Source: Blasia pusilla | Taxonomy: Eukaryota | DNA: 64,000 bases | Direction of reading: 5' to 3' | Assembly (NCBI GenBank): GCA_050084515.1 | Contig: CM114271.1 | Location: 19,654,001 to 19,718,000, forward strand | Shown here: one piece after another, positions 1 to 14,641 of the stretch | Position numbering within the stretch: position 1 is the stretch's first letter | How the letters are laid out: each line of letters opens with the position of its first letter | Notes under the pieces: generated by a model | Told to the model about the DNA's origin: nothing | Databases searched by the model: none | Seen by the model: the letters and a program-made list of their open reading frames with translations, nothing else | Position numbers and translations under genes: made by a program

Positions 1-2220
1 CCCACCATAGGATGGTGATGAAACCTGGCACACACCAAGGCCTTAAATCCCTCCACATCTTGAACGGTTCAGATCTTCCAGTTAGCTCTTCGTGCTCAAA
101 CCAATAATGAAAGATTGCATTTAGGGTTTATAATTTTTAATTCCATGTGTGTGTTCATTTGAAGTTTTTTTCTTTTTCCCTCTAGTCAAGGGTAAAGGAT
201 TGACAAGTAGGAATATTCTCTTGATTTTTGGGCCCCATGTGGAGGGTGGAGGGTACAAAAAGCGACGCCAAGAAGGAGGAAGAGGGCGTTGAGTAGGATT
301 GTTTCGAGTCCTGATGATATTTTCATTGTATCATGAAGTTAAATTTTTCTCCCACCATTGGATGGTGACAAAACCTGGCACACACCAAGGTCTTCCATCC
401 CTTCAAATGTGCCAGTTAGCTCTCCGTGCTCAAACCAATAATGAAAGATTGCATTTAGGGCTTACAATTTTTAATTCCATGTGTGAGTGTTCATTTGAAG
501 TTTTTTCTTTTTCCTTCTGTTCCTGGGTTAGGGTTTCCATCTAGGAGAAAGTTTTATGATTTTTTGGCCCAATATGGAGGGTGGAGGGTACAAAAAGCGA
601 CACCAAGAAGGAGGAAGAGGGCGTTGAGTAGGATTGTTTCAAGTCCTGATGGCATTTTCATTGTATTATGAAGTTAAATTTTTCTCCCACCATTGGATGG
701 TGATGAAACCTGGTACACACCAAGGCCTTACATCCCTTCAAATCTTGAACGGTTTAGATCTGCCAGTTAGCTCTCCGTACTCAAACCATTAATGAAAGAT
801 TGGATTTAGGGTTTACAATTTTCAATTTCATGTGTGAGTGTTCATTTGAAGTTTTTTCTTTTTCACTCTGTTCCTGGGTTAGGTTTTCCATCTAGGAGAA
901 AGTTTTATGATTTTTTGGCCCCATGTGGAGGGTGGAGGGTACAAAAAGCGACACCAAGAAGGAGGAAGAGGGCGTTGAGTAAGATTGTTTCGAGTCTTTG
1001 TGGCATTTTCATTGTATCATGAAGTTAACTTTTCCTCCCACTATTGGATGGTGATGAAACCTGGCACACACAAGGCTTGAAATCCTTCCACATCTTGAAC
1101 GGTTCAGATCTGCCAGTTAGCTCTTTGTGCTCAAACCAATAATGAAAGATTGGATTTAGGGTTTACAATTTTCAATTCCATGTGTGAGTGGTCATTTGAA
1201 GTTTTTTTTCCTTTTCCCTCTATTTTTGGGTTAGGATTACCATCATGGAGAAAGTTTCATGATTTTTGGGCCCATGTGGAGGGTGGAGGGTACAAAAGGC
1301 AAGGCCAAGAAGGAGGAAGGGGGCGTTTAGGGTTATTTTTGTTTCGAGTCCTTGTGGCATTTTCATTGTATCATGGAGTTAACATTTTCTACCACCATTC
1401 GATGGTGATGAAACTTGGCAAACACAAAGACCTTCAATCCCTCCACATCTTGAACGGTTCAGATTCACCAGTTAGCTCTCCATACTCAAATGAAAAATGA
1501 AAGATTTGTTTTAGGGTTTATGATTTTTAATTCCATGTGTGAGTGGTCATTTGAGGTTTTTTCTTTTTTCCTCTGTTCCTAGGTTAGGTTTGCCATCTAG
1601 GAGAAAGTTTTATGATTTTTGGGGTCCATCTGGAAGGTGGAGGCTATAAAAAGCAAGGCCAAGAAGGAGGAAGAAGACGTTGAGTAGGATTCTTTCGAGT
1701 CTTTGTGGCATTTTCATTGTATCATGAAGTTAACTTTTTCTCCCACCATTGGATGACAATGAAACCTGGTAAACACCAAGGCCTTAAATCCCTCCATATC
1801 TTGAACAGTTTAGATCTGCCAATTAGCTCTCTGTGCTCAAACCAATAATGAAAGATTGGATTAAGGGATTACGATTTTTAATTCCATGTGTGAGTGTTCA
1901 TTTGAAGTTTTTTCTTTTTCATTCTGTTCTTGGGTTAGTTCGCCATCCTCGAGAAAGTTTCATGATTTTTGGGTCCCATGTGGAGGGTGGAGGGTACAAA
2001 AAGCAAGGCCAAGAAGGAGGAAGAAGGTGTTTAGGGTTATTTTTGTTTAGAGTCCTTGTGGCATTTTCATTGTATTATGGAGTTAACTTTGGTCCCACCA
2101 TTGGATGGTGATGAAACAAGGCACACACGAAGGCCTTAAATTTCTCCATAACTTCAACGGTCCAGATCTGCCCGTCAGCTTTCCATGCTCAAACTAAAAA
2201 TGGAAGATGGGTTTTAGGGG
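1..2220. repeat. Tandem array of ~350-bp units (6 full units plus a partial), running off the window start; probably internal or 5' region of the CACTA element
   Basis: The motif cccaccattggatggtgatgaaacctggcac recurs at about 1, 351, 686, 1037, 1392, 1742 and 2094 (period 335-355 bp). Confidence 0.9.
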
Positions 2221-2764
2221 ACCAAGATAAAATGAGTCGAATGATCTTCGATTTTGTGGGTCAAAATAGACGTGAGGATGGTCATGGGGCAAAAGTTATT
2301 AAAAAAATTTCCATGTCAGGAAAAGGAATGTTGATGTGGCATGGAAGAGAATGAGGATGTGGCATGGAACGTTTAGGGTCCGACTCGTTGTTTCGTCCCG
2401 AAGTGTGTGTATGGTGGGAGAGAGTGAGCAGAGAGTGCATTGGAGTCTGGGACCTTCGGAACGTTCAGAGTTCTCCAGGCGGGAGTGGAGAGTTCGGAGG
2501 TTGGGAGTGGGAAGTTTGAAGAGGGATGGGAGTGGGGCGGTCGAAGTGGAGAAGTCGAATCAAGTGGGACGTTTGAGTCCTTTCACGACAAGTGTGCAAA
2601 TTTTGAACGGCGTTTTGCAAACAAGAGTTGCAAAGTGCAACATTCTTGGCCGCAGTTAGTTCTCACTCTCTCTGAAATGAAAGCTATGAATCAATCGCGC
2701 TCAAGCTGGATCAAACCGTCTCTCACCTCTCTCTTTTCCTTCATCGCCCTCTCTAGCATTCTCC

Positions 2765-2921
2765 AACTCTCTCATGGTCGGGCTATGAATCGAGCCGATA
2801 TTTTCAAACTCTCTCATTGCCGAGCTATGAATTGAGCCGATATTTTTAAACTCTCTGATGTCTGGGCTATGAATCAAGCCAATATTTTCAAACTCTCTCA
2901 TGGTCGGGCTATGAATCGAGC
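2765..2921. repeat. 42-bp minisatellite, about 4 copies
   Basis: ctatgaat recurs at 2783, 2825, 2867 and 2909 within the unit ctctctcatggtcgggctatgaatcgagccgatattttcaaa. Confidence 0.85.
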
Positions 2922-3624
2922 GGACAGATGCATGAAAACGTCTCTCACCCTTCATATGGTGCTATCTGCATTCTTGCTTATCTGACAAGATATCCTTTTG
3001 CTTCTCAAATGTTCCATGGTACCAAGTCTCTTTCTTTCTCTCTAAACTTGACGCACCTGGAATCGTAATAGGACGAGTGGTATCCTTTATGGAGAATCTT
3101 GATTAGATTTTCTTTCTATCATTGTACCCGCAAGCTCATCTGTGTCTATTCCCAGGATCTTGCCTTCGTCGTTTGTCATTGGAAAAATTACAACGACCAA
3201 TGAATTTTGTTTCTGAGATTGGTATGTGGAAAGAGGCATGTAGGAATCCGTGTTGGAGAAACTCAACAAGGTATGAATCTCCACGGAGATGGTCATGATT
3301 TTCCTGATTAAATGAGTGCGAGCCTTGTAGAAATCAGTGTTAGTTAAAATTGGAGCAAGCAGTGAATTTCCACACATATGAAGAGTGCCTAATTTTCTTT
3401 TGTGGTTTCCTTCTCTATGTTTATGCTTGTTTATATGCGCTTGTACGCATTTTGATGGTTAGGGATGGGGGATGACAAGCTCTCCGTGAGGCACACACCT
3501 CCTTATGACAGACACTGTTGAAGATAGGAAATTGGATGAGTGAGTTCTTGATCCCTAGCAAGCATTCTCAAATTTTGATCGCACCCTTTTGGTTTGTTGG
3601 AGATTTTGAGTGAGCTGATTGTTG

Positions 3625-3625
<1 letters not shown>

Positions 3626-3665
<40 letters not shown>
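3626..3665. repeat. (CT)n microsatellite
   Basis: Read directly. Confidence 0.95.
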
Positions 3666-3667
<2 letters not shown>

Positions 3668-4566
3668 GTAGGAGCATGGTTAGGTGAGCAAGACTCAGAG
3701 TAAACCGTCTGGCCTGGATTCGAATCCAACATACTGTCAACATCAACTTTCCAGTTGATCTGAAAGATCACTGGGCAAAAAATGGATCAAATCATTACGT
3801 GACTCTAAGATAGGAACGTCCGAGGAGTTGACGGCAGTCAAGTGAGTTTCAGCAAAACTTATTTCAAACGGCAAGGAAGATCTTGGTAAGGAGCAAGTAG
3901 ATTCTTGAATGTGAGTTTCAACAGACCGTATTTCAGACGGTAAGTAAGATCTTGGTAAGGAGCAAGTAGATGGCTCAATATGGATGAATTGCATTTTGGG
4001 AACTTCTACATCCCCTTCTATCGTAGTTTATGTCGTTAATTCTGCACTTTAGTGTACTTTTTTTCCTGGCAGAGCACTTCCTTGCTTGCCATAACTAGAA
4101 CTTTTTCTTTGTGAGAAAGGTGCTACAGTTATGTTTACTTTGCGATATGGACGGTATCTATTTTCGGTAGCGTTTCCAAAAGAATAATGGGCCTTGGAAA
4201 AAAAATACTCATAAAGTAACGAGATTTCTTTAAATATTCTATTAGGCAACTAACAAGATTTCTTGTAGTACCGAGAAATGCTAAAGCACCAAAGGGAGTG
4301 CAGAAGTAATACGTGTTGCATGAGGCATGCTTCAAGGACTTGGATTTCCTTCGCCATATCTAAAGTTGTTACATCTAAATAAAATAAATGTGAACTGTCT
4401 TCAGAGATCCTCTCAAACGTTTCCAAGACATGGATAAGTATGTATTTTGAGGCATTGGAAATGGGAGCAATGTAGACATTGATCGTGCGGGAGAGTTTAG
4501 AGTTGAACCAATACTTGTTCGGAGGACAATTCTCAGGGAACAGCTACTTCTCAGGGCATCGTGCCT

Positions 4567-4568
4567 TA

Positions 4569-4652
<84 letters not shown>
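4567..4652. repeat. (TA)n microsatellite
   Basis: Read directly. Confidence 0.95.
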
Positions 4653-4657
<5 letters not shown>

Positions 4658-5269
4658 CGCGCCAACAATGGAATTGGTTGAATTTGGCTCAACTGGTGTT
4701 GTGTATCAAGTACAAGAGCAAAGGAAGACTCAAATATCACGGAGGGGACCAAGACATTCACTCCTTGACCTACCAAGTACTTACTTGTACGTCACTCTTC
4801 TCCTTGTTCTCCTTGCGCCTTCACATAGGTTAGTCACTTGCTTTAGTGGTTAATTTGATGTGAGTGTAAGGTGAAGTACTATGGTCACTCACAACAGATT
4901 AGCTTTATAGTTTGTTTGCATAGATCTTCGCTGGAAACATTTATTAGACCAGGGCCATGATGAAGTGTACATATCAAAGGATTGAGTCATTATCTAAAGC
5001 TGGGTGTGTTACATTTGTCATTCAAGAATGTATTTGGACCACATCAGTGAGGATTGTTAGTGACGATTGAAATTTCCATTGAGATAAGTCCCAGGTTAGG
5101 TATATGTGCCTTATCATACTTGTCTAAACTTCATGTGGGTATGCATTCATCTAAGATGATAGCTTGTCTAGCTGTGGTTTATGGAATTGGTTATGGAGGC
5201 AAGATGTCATGGTTTTGGATGTGTTTGGAATGTTTCAGTTCACAGTTTGCGGGAATTCACTTATAATCC

Positions 5270-8200
5270 CCTTAGAATGGATTTGAACCACCCAATTAGA
5301 GTAAAGGCACACGATTCCAAATTGTGGAGCGGGAAAGCACACGAGCTAGTATACTGGGCTGTAAAAGATTGCGATGCCCGTGCAATGACTATAAGGGTGG
5401 GTCTAGGTTGTCCATCGGCAAGGTGGAAGCACATTTGAGAAAAAATGGACGCTCAACGCTTTGTCGAGTGCCAAAATCTAGGGATGGATGGGACGCTTCA
5501 CATGAGGATCTTGCTGAAAAAAGAAGCCAAGAGGATAAGACAATGGAGTCAACCCCCACCTTCCATGTGGATGGAAGTGAGAGATCTTCCATGGTAGATA
5601 TAGACGAGCACATTGACGTTCATAAAATGCTCAATGATATTTTCCAAAAATACGACCATATACATGAGGATGAAACTGAAGAGATGTCTCTCCCATCTGA
5701 TGAATTACCAGAACCGAGAATGTCAAACAAAGAACCACTATTCAATCATGGAGATGAATATGAGGAGCTTGCTGGAGCTTGCAAACCTTTGTTCCCTACA
5801 GCAAAAACATATGTTTTGGATTTTTCCATGTTACTATTCAACATTCAAACCACCCATGCGTCCTAAATGTAGCTATTGATGAATTTTTGAAACTCCTTTG
5901 TAAGTTAGTCCTACCAACAGGGAACTTGGCGCCACCGAGTTATTATGTAGCAAAAAAACCTCATTGGTAAACTAGGCTTAGGTTACAACAGTATCCATGC
6001 GTGTCCGGCTGGATGTGTTTTATTCCGGGGTGATTTGGTTGAAGCTGAGATCTGTCCATTATGTGGGAAACCAAGGTTCTAGAAAGTGGGTAGAACGTTG
6101 GTACCATGTAAGGTACTAAGGCATTTTCCTGTCATACCTCGGATGAGACGTGTGTTTAGATGTAGGATGTTGTTTGAATTATTAACCTAGGCCTCCTTGA
6201 ACCAGAGCAAGGATGGCTTAGTAAGGCATACAGCTGATTGCAAGGCATGGCGCCACATGGACAACTTAAATCCAGACTTTGCCGAGGAGAAGAGGAATTG
6301 CAGGTTTGGGCTAGCTTTGGACGGAGTGAATCCATTTTCCGACAAGTCGAGTTCGTGGTCAACATGCCCTGTGCTTCTTGTTAATTATAACTTGCCTCCC
6401 TCGCTCCAATTTGTTTTTTGGTGATGCTCTCTTTGATCATACCAGGAAAGGAGAGTGTAAATGGGAAAAACATAGACACATACTTGCTTCCTCTAGTAGA
6501 AGAGTTCTAGGAAATGTGGAAAGGGGTTCAATTTCATGACGTTCGGAAGGTAGGCGGAAGTTGGAACTTCATGTTCAGGGCTACCTTTCTATGGACCATA
6601 AATGATTGCCCGACATACAGAACTGTAGCTCGGCAGAGCCATGGTGGAAAACTTGGATGTACTATATGCGGGCCTCGTGTGGATTCTGATTTTTCAAAGT
6701 CTTGTGGCAAGCCCATATACGGTTGTCATCGTCGATATCTCCCATTGAGCCATCCATGGAGGATCCGTAGGTATGGATCTCATTTCAATGGGAATGCAGA
6801 ACTTAGACCACGCGTGCCTAGACTACTTTCCAGAGAGATAATTGGATGGGCAAATGAAAAACATACATATGATCAGAGTGGGGGTCGAGAAGACGGCCCC
6901 ACTGATCCCTACAAGAGAACTGGGGTGAAAAGGCTGAGTATATTATATTCATTGCCTTACTGGCCAGTATCCTGCTTCCTCTCTATATTATCTATTATGA
7001 AATAGTGGCTATAGAGGAAGATAGCTTTTGTTTGATTTGATTATGGATATTAGCTATTATGTTCAAGTCGTGAGATGTGCATGCTTCCTTGACGATACAA
7101 TCAGAATTTTCTTATACGTCATATGTTAGATGTAATGCACATTGAGAAGAATATTGTTGAGAATCTAGTCAAGACCTTATTTGGAGTGAAAGATACTGTG
7201 AAAGTAAAGAGAGATTTGGAGGCCCGTGGGATTCGATCCCATTTGTGGTTGCAACCCCATCCTAGTAGACCCCAAGTTTTTGCTTAAACTAGTTTCCGAT
7301 TATTGTCTATCTCCCCATAACTTGAACACTTTCCTTTTGAGGATTCATAACTTGAAGTTGCCATCTGGATATTGTGGAGAACTCTCCAAGCATGTGGTTA
7401 ATCGAAAATTGGGCAATATGAAATCACGTGATTACCATGTCTTCATTCAGCAAGTCCTTCCTTACTGCATCCGTGGTCTTCTGAAGGACCATGTGAGAAT
7501 GGTGGTTATTAGATTATCCAGAATTTTTAGAATGGTGTGTATAAAGGTGTATGATCCAGCTTCATTCGACAAACTCCAGGAAGAGACTGCCATAACCCTT
7601 CGTCTCTTTGAAATGCATTTCCCTCCATCTTTCTGCGACGTGATGATACATTTTTTGATTCATGTTGTAGAAGAATTGGACATGTATGGGCCAATAGCAT
7701 GTCGGTAGATGTATCCAATGGGGCAGTATATGGGGTACATGAAGAAATATGTACAGTCTAAAGCTAGGCCAGAGGGGTGTATGGCAGAAGGGTATGTGAA
7801 GGATGAGGCATTAGGGTTTGTGACATAGTATATGAAAAGGTTCGAAGACGTGCAGACGCGAGTGTGGGATGATGGGGAGGAAGAGGGGGTCGCTCGTGAG
7901 GAGGTAGAAGGTGCGGGCACTCCAGTTTGACTTTCGCGAGAAATGATCAACTTAGCACATCATTATGTGTTGCATAATATAGAGGTCATGGTTGATTGGC
8001 AAAGGTAAAACTCTACAATATATGCTTTTCAAGGTTATAGTTATGTTAATTACGGTCCGGACTCTCAAAGTGTATATTATTTTGGTATTGACATATGAAA
8101 TACAAAAGAATGTACTAATACCATTAAGATTATTATTGAAAAGGAAATATCAGTCATGTTTAAGAGACATTCCTTTTGAAAAGTGGATTCGCCCTGCCAT

Positions 8201-8930
8201 TACACAGGATGCAATTGACAACTCAAAATATCATGATGCTCACCTACTATCGTTAGCTATACCTCCTAATAGTAGGGCATTGTCATTCAAGAGTATGAAA
8301 GCCTACGGAAACCACTACAAGGTAGAAGGGCCAAGTGGTACAACACCCTTCTCCTTTGATGATAGTGGAATAGATGCAGTATTTGTTGATGAAAAAAGTT
8401 CCAACCAAAATTGTTTATACTCGTATGTTGGGGTGTTGGTTGATATTCTCTTACTTGATTATGGGATTGTAGAACAACTCATAATACTAATGCGAGGGCG
8501 ATGGGTTAAAGCATATTGGGATTCGAGAGTATGGTCCATGAAATTGGATAAGGAGGGGTTTCTGTTGGCCAACTTGAGGTCATGGTAGCCATTAGATCAC
8601 CAACCATTTGTTTTCCCATCATAAGTGCAACAAGTGTTTTATGGAGATGCTGATGAGGGTGGAGGATGGAAAGTGGTAATGAGGAAGGAAGCTAGAGCTC
8701 AGAGAGTTTATTTTGATGACTTAGAGTCACTAGATGGAGCTTGTAATGCTTCACCCACCTTCCATGCCACATGCATGGAACCAGGGAATTTACCAGATGC
8801 AAGTACCTTAGGAGCTAGAGTCCTAAGTGATGCAGAAATGGAAGCTGCTACGGTGGATGTGCAACATGTGCCAATAATCCATGTATGTGATATGATAGAA
8901 GGCCTTGATTCAGACTCTAATAACTCATAA
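5270..8930 (+). pseudogene. CACTA transposase (TnpD/Tnp2, Transposase_21 + DUF4218 + DUF4216), with stops and frameshifts
   Basis: Motifs RCPCND, IHACPAGCVLFRG, RHTADCKAWRHMD, GLALDGVNPFS, RHMLDVMHIEKN, GNMKSRDYHV, FPPSFCDVMIHFLIH and QQVFY across several frames. Confidence 0.92.
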
Positions 8931-9129
8931 TCATATTAGATTAATTCATAGTTGTATCTTTGGTACTCACCATTGTGTTTTTTTTGGTATGATTCAAATA
9001 ATTGACTTCTGTTACAAGGATGTAAGTGAATTCTGGTGTTGTTGGGCATAATGGATGAAACTCTGTGGCAGCAAGTGGAACTCTCAAATTTCCGTCAAGT
9101 TAGGTGTTATTCTTGCTAACTTGTCGTCT

Positions 9130-12100
9130 ACAGAAGGAGGGAGACACTTGGAACGGTGTACCTGATATGACTGATGAGAACGTGGAATCCAATCAGAGTT
9201 CATCCTGGGATGGTGTAGATAATGTTCAACAAAGTCCTAATCCATACAAAGAAGAAAGGAATCGTAGAGTGAGAGAGAGAAATGCAAGAGAGGCGGAGTT
9301 GTTTGGTGGGTTGAGGGATTGGTAAGTATGATCTTGGATAACCTTTATCTTTTGCTTTATTTGGTCAAGTGTATCATGTTCATATAGTGGTTGTACATTA
9401 GGAAATATGATAGAATTTGTATGATCATATTTTGATGGTTTGTTGCTCCAAGGATTGTGAAGGACCGCAAGCCTTTGCCATTTTGGAATCCTTCTCTTCC
9501 ACAAAGATGCAGCTTGCGGTTGGAGGAGAAGGCCACTAACCAAAGTGTAATCCCTGAGGAGACTCAAAAAGATTTTTCAGATAGTGATTCCAAAGACCCC
9601 TATTATAATCCACTCCTTGAGATGAACTTCTTGGAGGCTGAAGAGGATGACGACTTGTGGCTGTAGGATGGGAGGGTACTTTCTCTTCACATCTTGTTGT
9701 TTTGTTACTCTCTTCAGATTTCAGAATTATGAATATTGTGTTAACTCACAATGAGATGTCTGTTTTGAATAGCCTCATGCAAAGGAGCGTCTAGTTAGAC
9801 CATCCAAACAGGGAAGTGTACAAAATTCCACAATACAAACGATGGGGTAATGTAATTGTAGATATGGACGAATATTCAACTATCTCTATATGTATGATTG
9901 GTATGTAATAAATTGAGTGGTAGAAACGTGTCATTATGACTTCACTAATATTTATTCATCAAATGCTCTCTATTTTAGTTTACTGACAAATTTACTTACA
10001 TGTGCAGCCGATGGACGGAACTCCATCACAACCCATAAAGCCTTTGCAACCATATGCCCCTCCTCCACCCCCATGGTTACAAAGCCAGATGCCGTGGTGG
10101 GTACCTATGATGATGCAATCACTGATGGGTTATGGAAGTCAATTTCAGCCACCATGGACCAATGGAGCTCAATCATCCATGACCATCCCATCCCCATGGG
10201 TAAGTGGGCTTACTATTCTGCCCTTTCTTGTTTTGCACAGGGGAATTCAATTAATTGGAAGTCTAACTAGCTAATTGTATTTCTTTTGTGGACACAAGGG
10301 ACATGGGCCATCCCAACTGCCGCCCCCAACACCGTTGGCACCTCCATTGGCAAGCAGGAATACGGACGACCAATTATATCGTAGTAGGTCTCAATCTTCC
10401 GCAAGACCAAGCCCATCAGAAAATTTAACCCCGCAAGCAAGTGCATCTACAGGTTACTTCTCACTTGGTTCCGAGTTTGCAAATTTATATTGAATAGGTT
10501 GTTGTATTCTTGCACGCGATGACCTCAATTATAGAGTGATGAAAATGTGGTACTTTTGAGACCTATGTTCATGTGGCTACTCAATTCTTGAGTCTATGTT
10601 TTGGAAGTTATTAAGAATGATATGATATGATACGGAATTCATGCCTAGAGAAATTTATTTTATAGTTTACATATTTCTAGGTCATCTGATTTTTTTATAG
10701 ATGATGTGGTTTTTTTCAAAGTTTTCAGAGTTTAGCGGTTATAGTTAGGGTAGAATTCACCACACTTATGCTATTTGCTGATATATATTCCTCGATTGTT
10801 CATGATACATATGACTTTTGAGAATTGACATAATGGTTCTGAGTTTCATGATTCTTGTTAAAGTGTTTGCTGAATTCTTGAATGGTCTCTTTGATTTATG
10901 GAAATGTGGTAGTCTCCACATTCATAGTCATTTGGCCATTATATTCTAGAACTTAAGTTTCTAAACTTTAGAAATGATATGATGGTAGAATGGGTCCACA
11001 TTTGCTAGGCTTAATGGGAGAGTATAATTGTTCTAAATTACATGGTTGGGTGGATTATAAAAGGTGTGAAATTGTTACTAGTATAAGTTGGTCTTATAGT
11101 TAATATAGTTCAACATAATTCTGATTTGGTGAGTTTATAATCGTCGGCCCTACATTTTCGACATCGGAGAATTGGGATGGTGGTATATTTGTAGGAGAAC
11201 GGCAGAGTCGCACAAAGCGTGATTTGTGGACTCGTGATGTCTCCATTAGGAAGGAGCAGAACTTAAAACCTAGATGTGAGCTCATGCCAAATGGTATTCC
11301 GTCGCCTAGAGTTCCAGGTTATGAGCCTTGGCTAAATGAATTGAAGATATGGGTGATGAGGTACTTGGACTTATCATGCATTGAGATTAGTAAATAGAAT
11401 TCTATCAGCATGGCTGCTGTTCAGAATCACATCCTTGAGGCATACACATATGTGGATGCATCATCTCGTTCGCTTGATTTCATGAAGAAAAAAATAGCAC
11501 AACTATTGAAAATTGAACGATCCAATGTCAAGAACTATTGGACATTATATGGGGCTCATCGCGCACTCCCGTGTGACCCTGACATTGATGAGGAGTCATG
11601 GAATCAATTAGTAGATTATTGGCTCTCCGAGGAGGGCAAAATGAAGGCCAAAAAGATGGCTCGAGTAAGGGCCAAGGTCCAGACTTTAAATTTCTCTGGC
11701 CATGCACGTTTAGATAGACTTGATGTAAGTCATCTTGGCATTCCCTAGTTTTCTTGCTAAAGTTACATAATGGTTGAAAACTTCCATTATTGCTTCATTT
11801 CCATATTTGTATTGAAACCTTTCACATGCATGAAATTAATAATCTATGTATTTAAGGAGCATTTGCAGGTGCAACAACGTACCTCAAAGGAGTCCTTGGG
11901 CACGGGGCTAGAATCTATGGAGAGAGACGAGTTTCCTAAACAACCAGGTTTCACACAATTGAGTTCATCGGTAAATGTAAATGCATAACTCTTTTCTTAC
12001 CCGTTGGCTTGACATGGCTAGTATCATGACCTTCATCTGATTGGGTCATGGAGTTAGTATCATATCCTTAATCAGGTTGAATTATGGAGTTAGTATCATG

Positions 12101-13545
12101 GTTGTATCTGGATGTATAATTGCAAAACCATTGTTTTTTTGTACCTAATTGATTGTTGGATTATATGTGCAGAGTGTGGAATCCAGAGTCACTATTCAAT
12201 TGGAAGAAGTGGAAAAGAAGTAGAGCGCAGATTTGGATGATATGAAGTTGCATATGGAACGGCAGAACAAAGCATTAAGTGTACTCATGGAAATGGTGTC
12301 CAAGCTTACTTCAAAGGATGTGTCTTCAACACCACACCAGATTTCTAGTTCCCCGCCATCCAATTCTCAACCAAATGCAACAAGGGATGAGAAGCTCACA
12401 TCAAGTAGCCCATGCTCATTCTTCCGCCCTTGATTTTCAATGGTTATAACTACTTGTCCTTTCCAGCATGAGTATTTCAGAACTGACTTTCTTTGTTTTT
12501 AAAGTCATTGTTGAACCTATACCAACGTCTGAAGCCGGACAATTAGGGAAGAGGAATATCCCCACACAAAAAGAGGCAATGGCGACTAAACAATTTGGTG
12601 GTAAGGAGTGAGTTTAGCTTCACTAGATGTAGGGTCTTCTAATATAATTACTTGTTGAAGTGAAGAATCTGGTTGTACAATTCATTTCTCAATACTTGGG
12701 TTGTTTGTAGAAGTGCTAGAATGGAGCAACAAAAGGAGAAGTTCCACAAAAAGTGCACATGGTGATATTCGAATCACTCGTAAGTATGTCATTCTTGGCA
12801 TAATGAATTTTCTTTGGTGTAGTTTTCAACCTATCCACAAAACAAAAGTCTTTTCTTCCTACAACGTTCAATGTACTTTGGCGTGCATAATGTGCAGAAA
12901 ACTTGAGTATGGACAACCAAGCCAAATCATCACCAGTCAAAAGACAAAAGTCGAGGCTACAATCTGATGGTTTGAATGAGCAGGAAAGTGAAATCAGATC
13001 AGGCTTGTCTAAGAAAAGAACTAAGGTAATTTCTCTCATCTATAGTGGCCTCTTCTATTCAAGGTTTATATGACGACACTAATATTTCTTGTTGTGGACA
13101 GTCAAATGGTCATCTAGGACTTGTGAACTTTTCGCATCATCTTCTGAAATGGGGATGGTCTTTCAAACAGGTATATCATAGCAGTTTTTTATTTTCAGGT
13201 TAATGGTGCAAATGCATGTGGGAAGAATTTGGATTGATACTAACTAAATGCCTGTGTATTTTTTTAGCTATGAATTGGTGATCATGTATTACTCATCAAG
13301 CCAAATTTGAGTAGGATGGTGCTTGGGTCAGGAGTTATATAAGGTTTTGGTGGAAGAGACAAGTTCCATGCCAAAGACATCCCCTTAGGCATGGTGAGGG
13401 TTGATCTAAACGAGGTGTTCGAACCAGAACATGCTTTGTGGATGCCGAATTGGATAGACGAACCTGCACAAAAAATATTTGGTGATGCTCTTGGCTCAAG
13501 CATGCTCTGGCCAGAGATGCATATGAGAAAGGTGATTCAATAGAG
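9130..13545 (+). pseudogene. Multi-exon CACTA TnpA-like second gene remnant
   Basis: PDIDEESWNQLVDYWLSEEGKMKAKKMARVRAK (11410-11748) resembles the PTTA/Transposase_24 domain; last exon ...KFHAKDIPLGMVRVDLNEVFEP (13270-13545); position downstream of TnpD; GT-AG introns. Confidence 0.6.
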
Positions 13546-14641
13546 TAGTCTTTACTTTTGGCACCCAACTATCTAAGGTGCACTAACTTTATTTTCATGG
13601 ATGACATGATCTCTCTTGCTCTTTCAAGATGAGATCATAAACCCTACTATATTTGATCTTCATTTTTTTTATCTATTTGGATTATAAGCCCATGTATTAG
13701 TGATTTATTTTGTAATTTGGTGTATGGAAGCTACTCTTTGGTGATACTCCATCCCTTAAAATCTGTTTTCAAGAGTATGTTTTCATTATTTTCTTGGTTA
13801 ATTGCTTGCGTATGTTTTGTTTGTAGCAAGACATTATTATTACATCTCTTTCTAAACTCTGAGAAAAAAATACATGTAGTTTCTTGATTACTTCAAGATG
13901 CCACTACTCAATGTAACAACATAGTGCTCATGCGCTACTTCCATGTAGTTGAGTTGACATGTTTGTGGATATATGATGTTGTTTTGTTATGTGAACTTTT
14001 TTCAAAATTATACTATGTGCTAAGGTGAACGCTTAAGTGTTCACCATATAAATGGAAAAGAGGATTTCAATAATTCAAATCCATTAATTCTTGCACCATT
14101 CAAAAGGCATAATAAACATTCCAAAATATCCAAAATATATATTCCCACTAGTCATATCCATATAAGTAGTACAGTATGGTTCAAAAACTAAAGTAGTAAG
14201 CTTCAAGTTCTCTCTAGTCATAATTGTATGACTCATGCAGTAGTTATGTTGCAATGACTATATAATTTCCGCAACTCACATAGTCATATCTTCGTGACTA
14301 AACCAATTGTGTCCACTTCTATAGTAGTCATGGAACTCTACTCTTCTAGTCATAGTACATGATTACATGAGTCCATACCAACATTTCAATAAAATAAAAT
14401 GACTACATGAGTTGCCAACTATATCTGAATGGAGTACACTTGGTGCATTTTGATAGTATATTTTGAACTTTTGCACACCAACCATGACTAAAGGAGTCGT
14501 TTGTGGTAACTAGAAAAATATACACATATGACTAGATGAGTTGTACTCAAGTCCACATCATCATTGACATGTCATAACGATAGTCCATGTTATCAGTGAC
14601 ACATCACACTAAATAGTCCATGTCATTGATGATATGTCATT

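Noticed and set aside
299-2111. Repeated short ORFs in the first 2 kb
   Set aside because: By-products of the 350-bp tandem repeat, mostly with non-ATG starts and no recognisable domain.
120-2240. Telomeric or interstitial telomeric array
   Set aside because: Only isolated TTTAGGG motifs, one or two per repeat unit, never a tandem tract.
2765-2921. CRISPR-like short repeat array
   Set aside because: Units are contiguous 42-bp tandem repeats with no unique spacers, there are no cas genes, and the context is eukaryotic.
4375-4853. YIYIYI-rich ORFs
   Set aside because: Translations of the (TA)n microsatellite.
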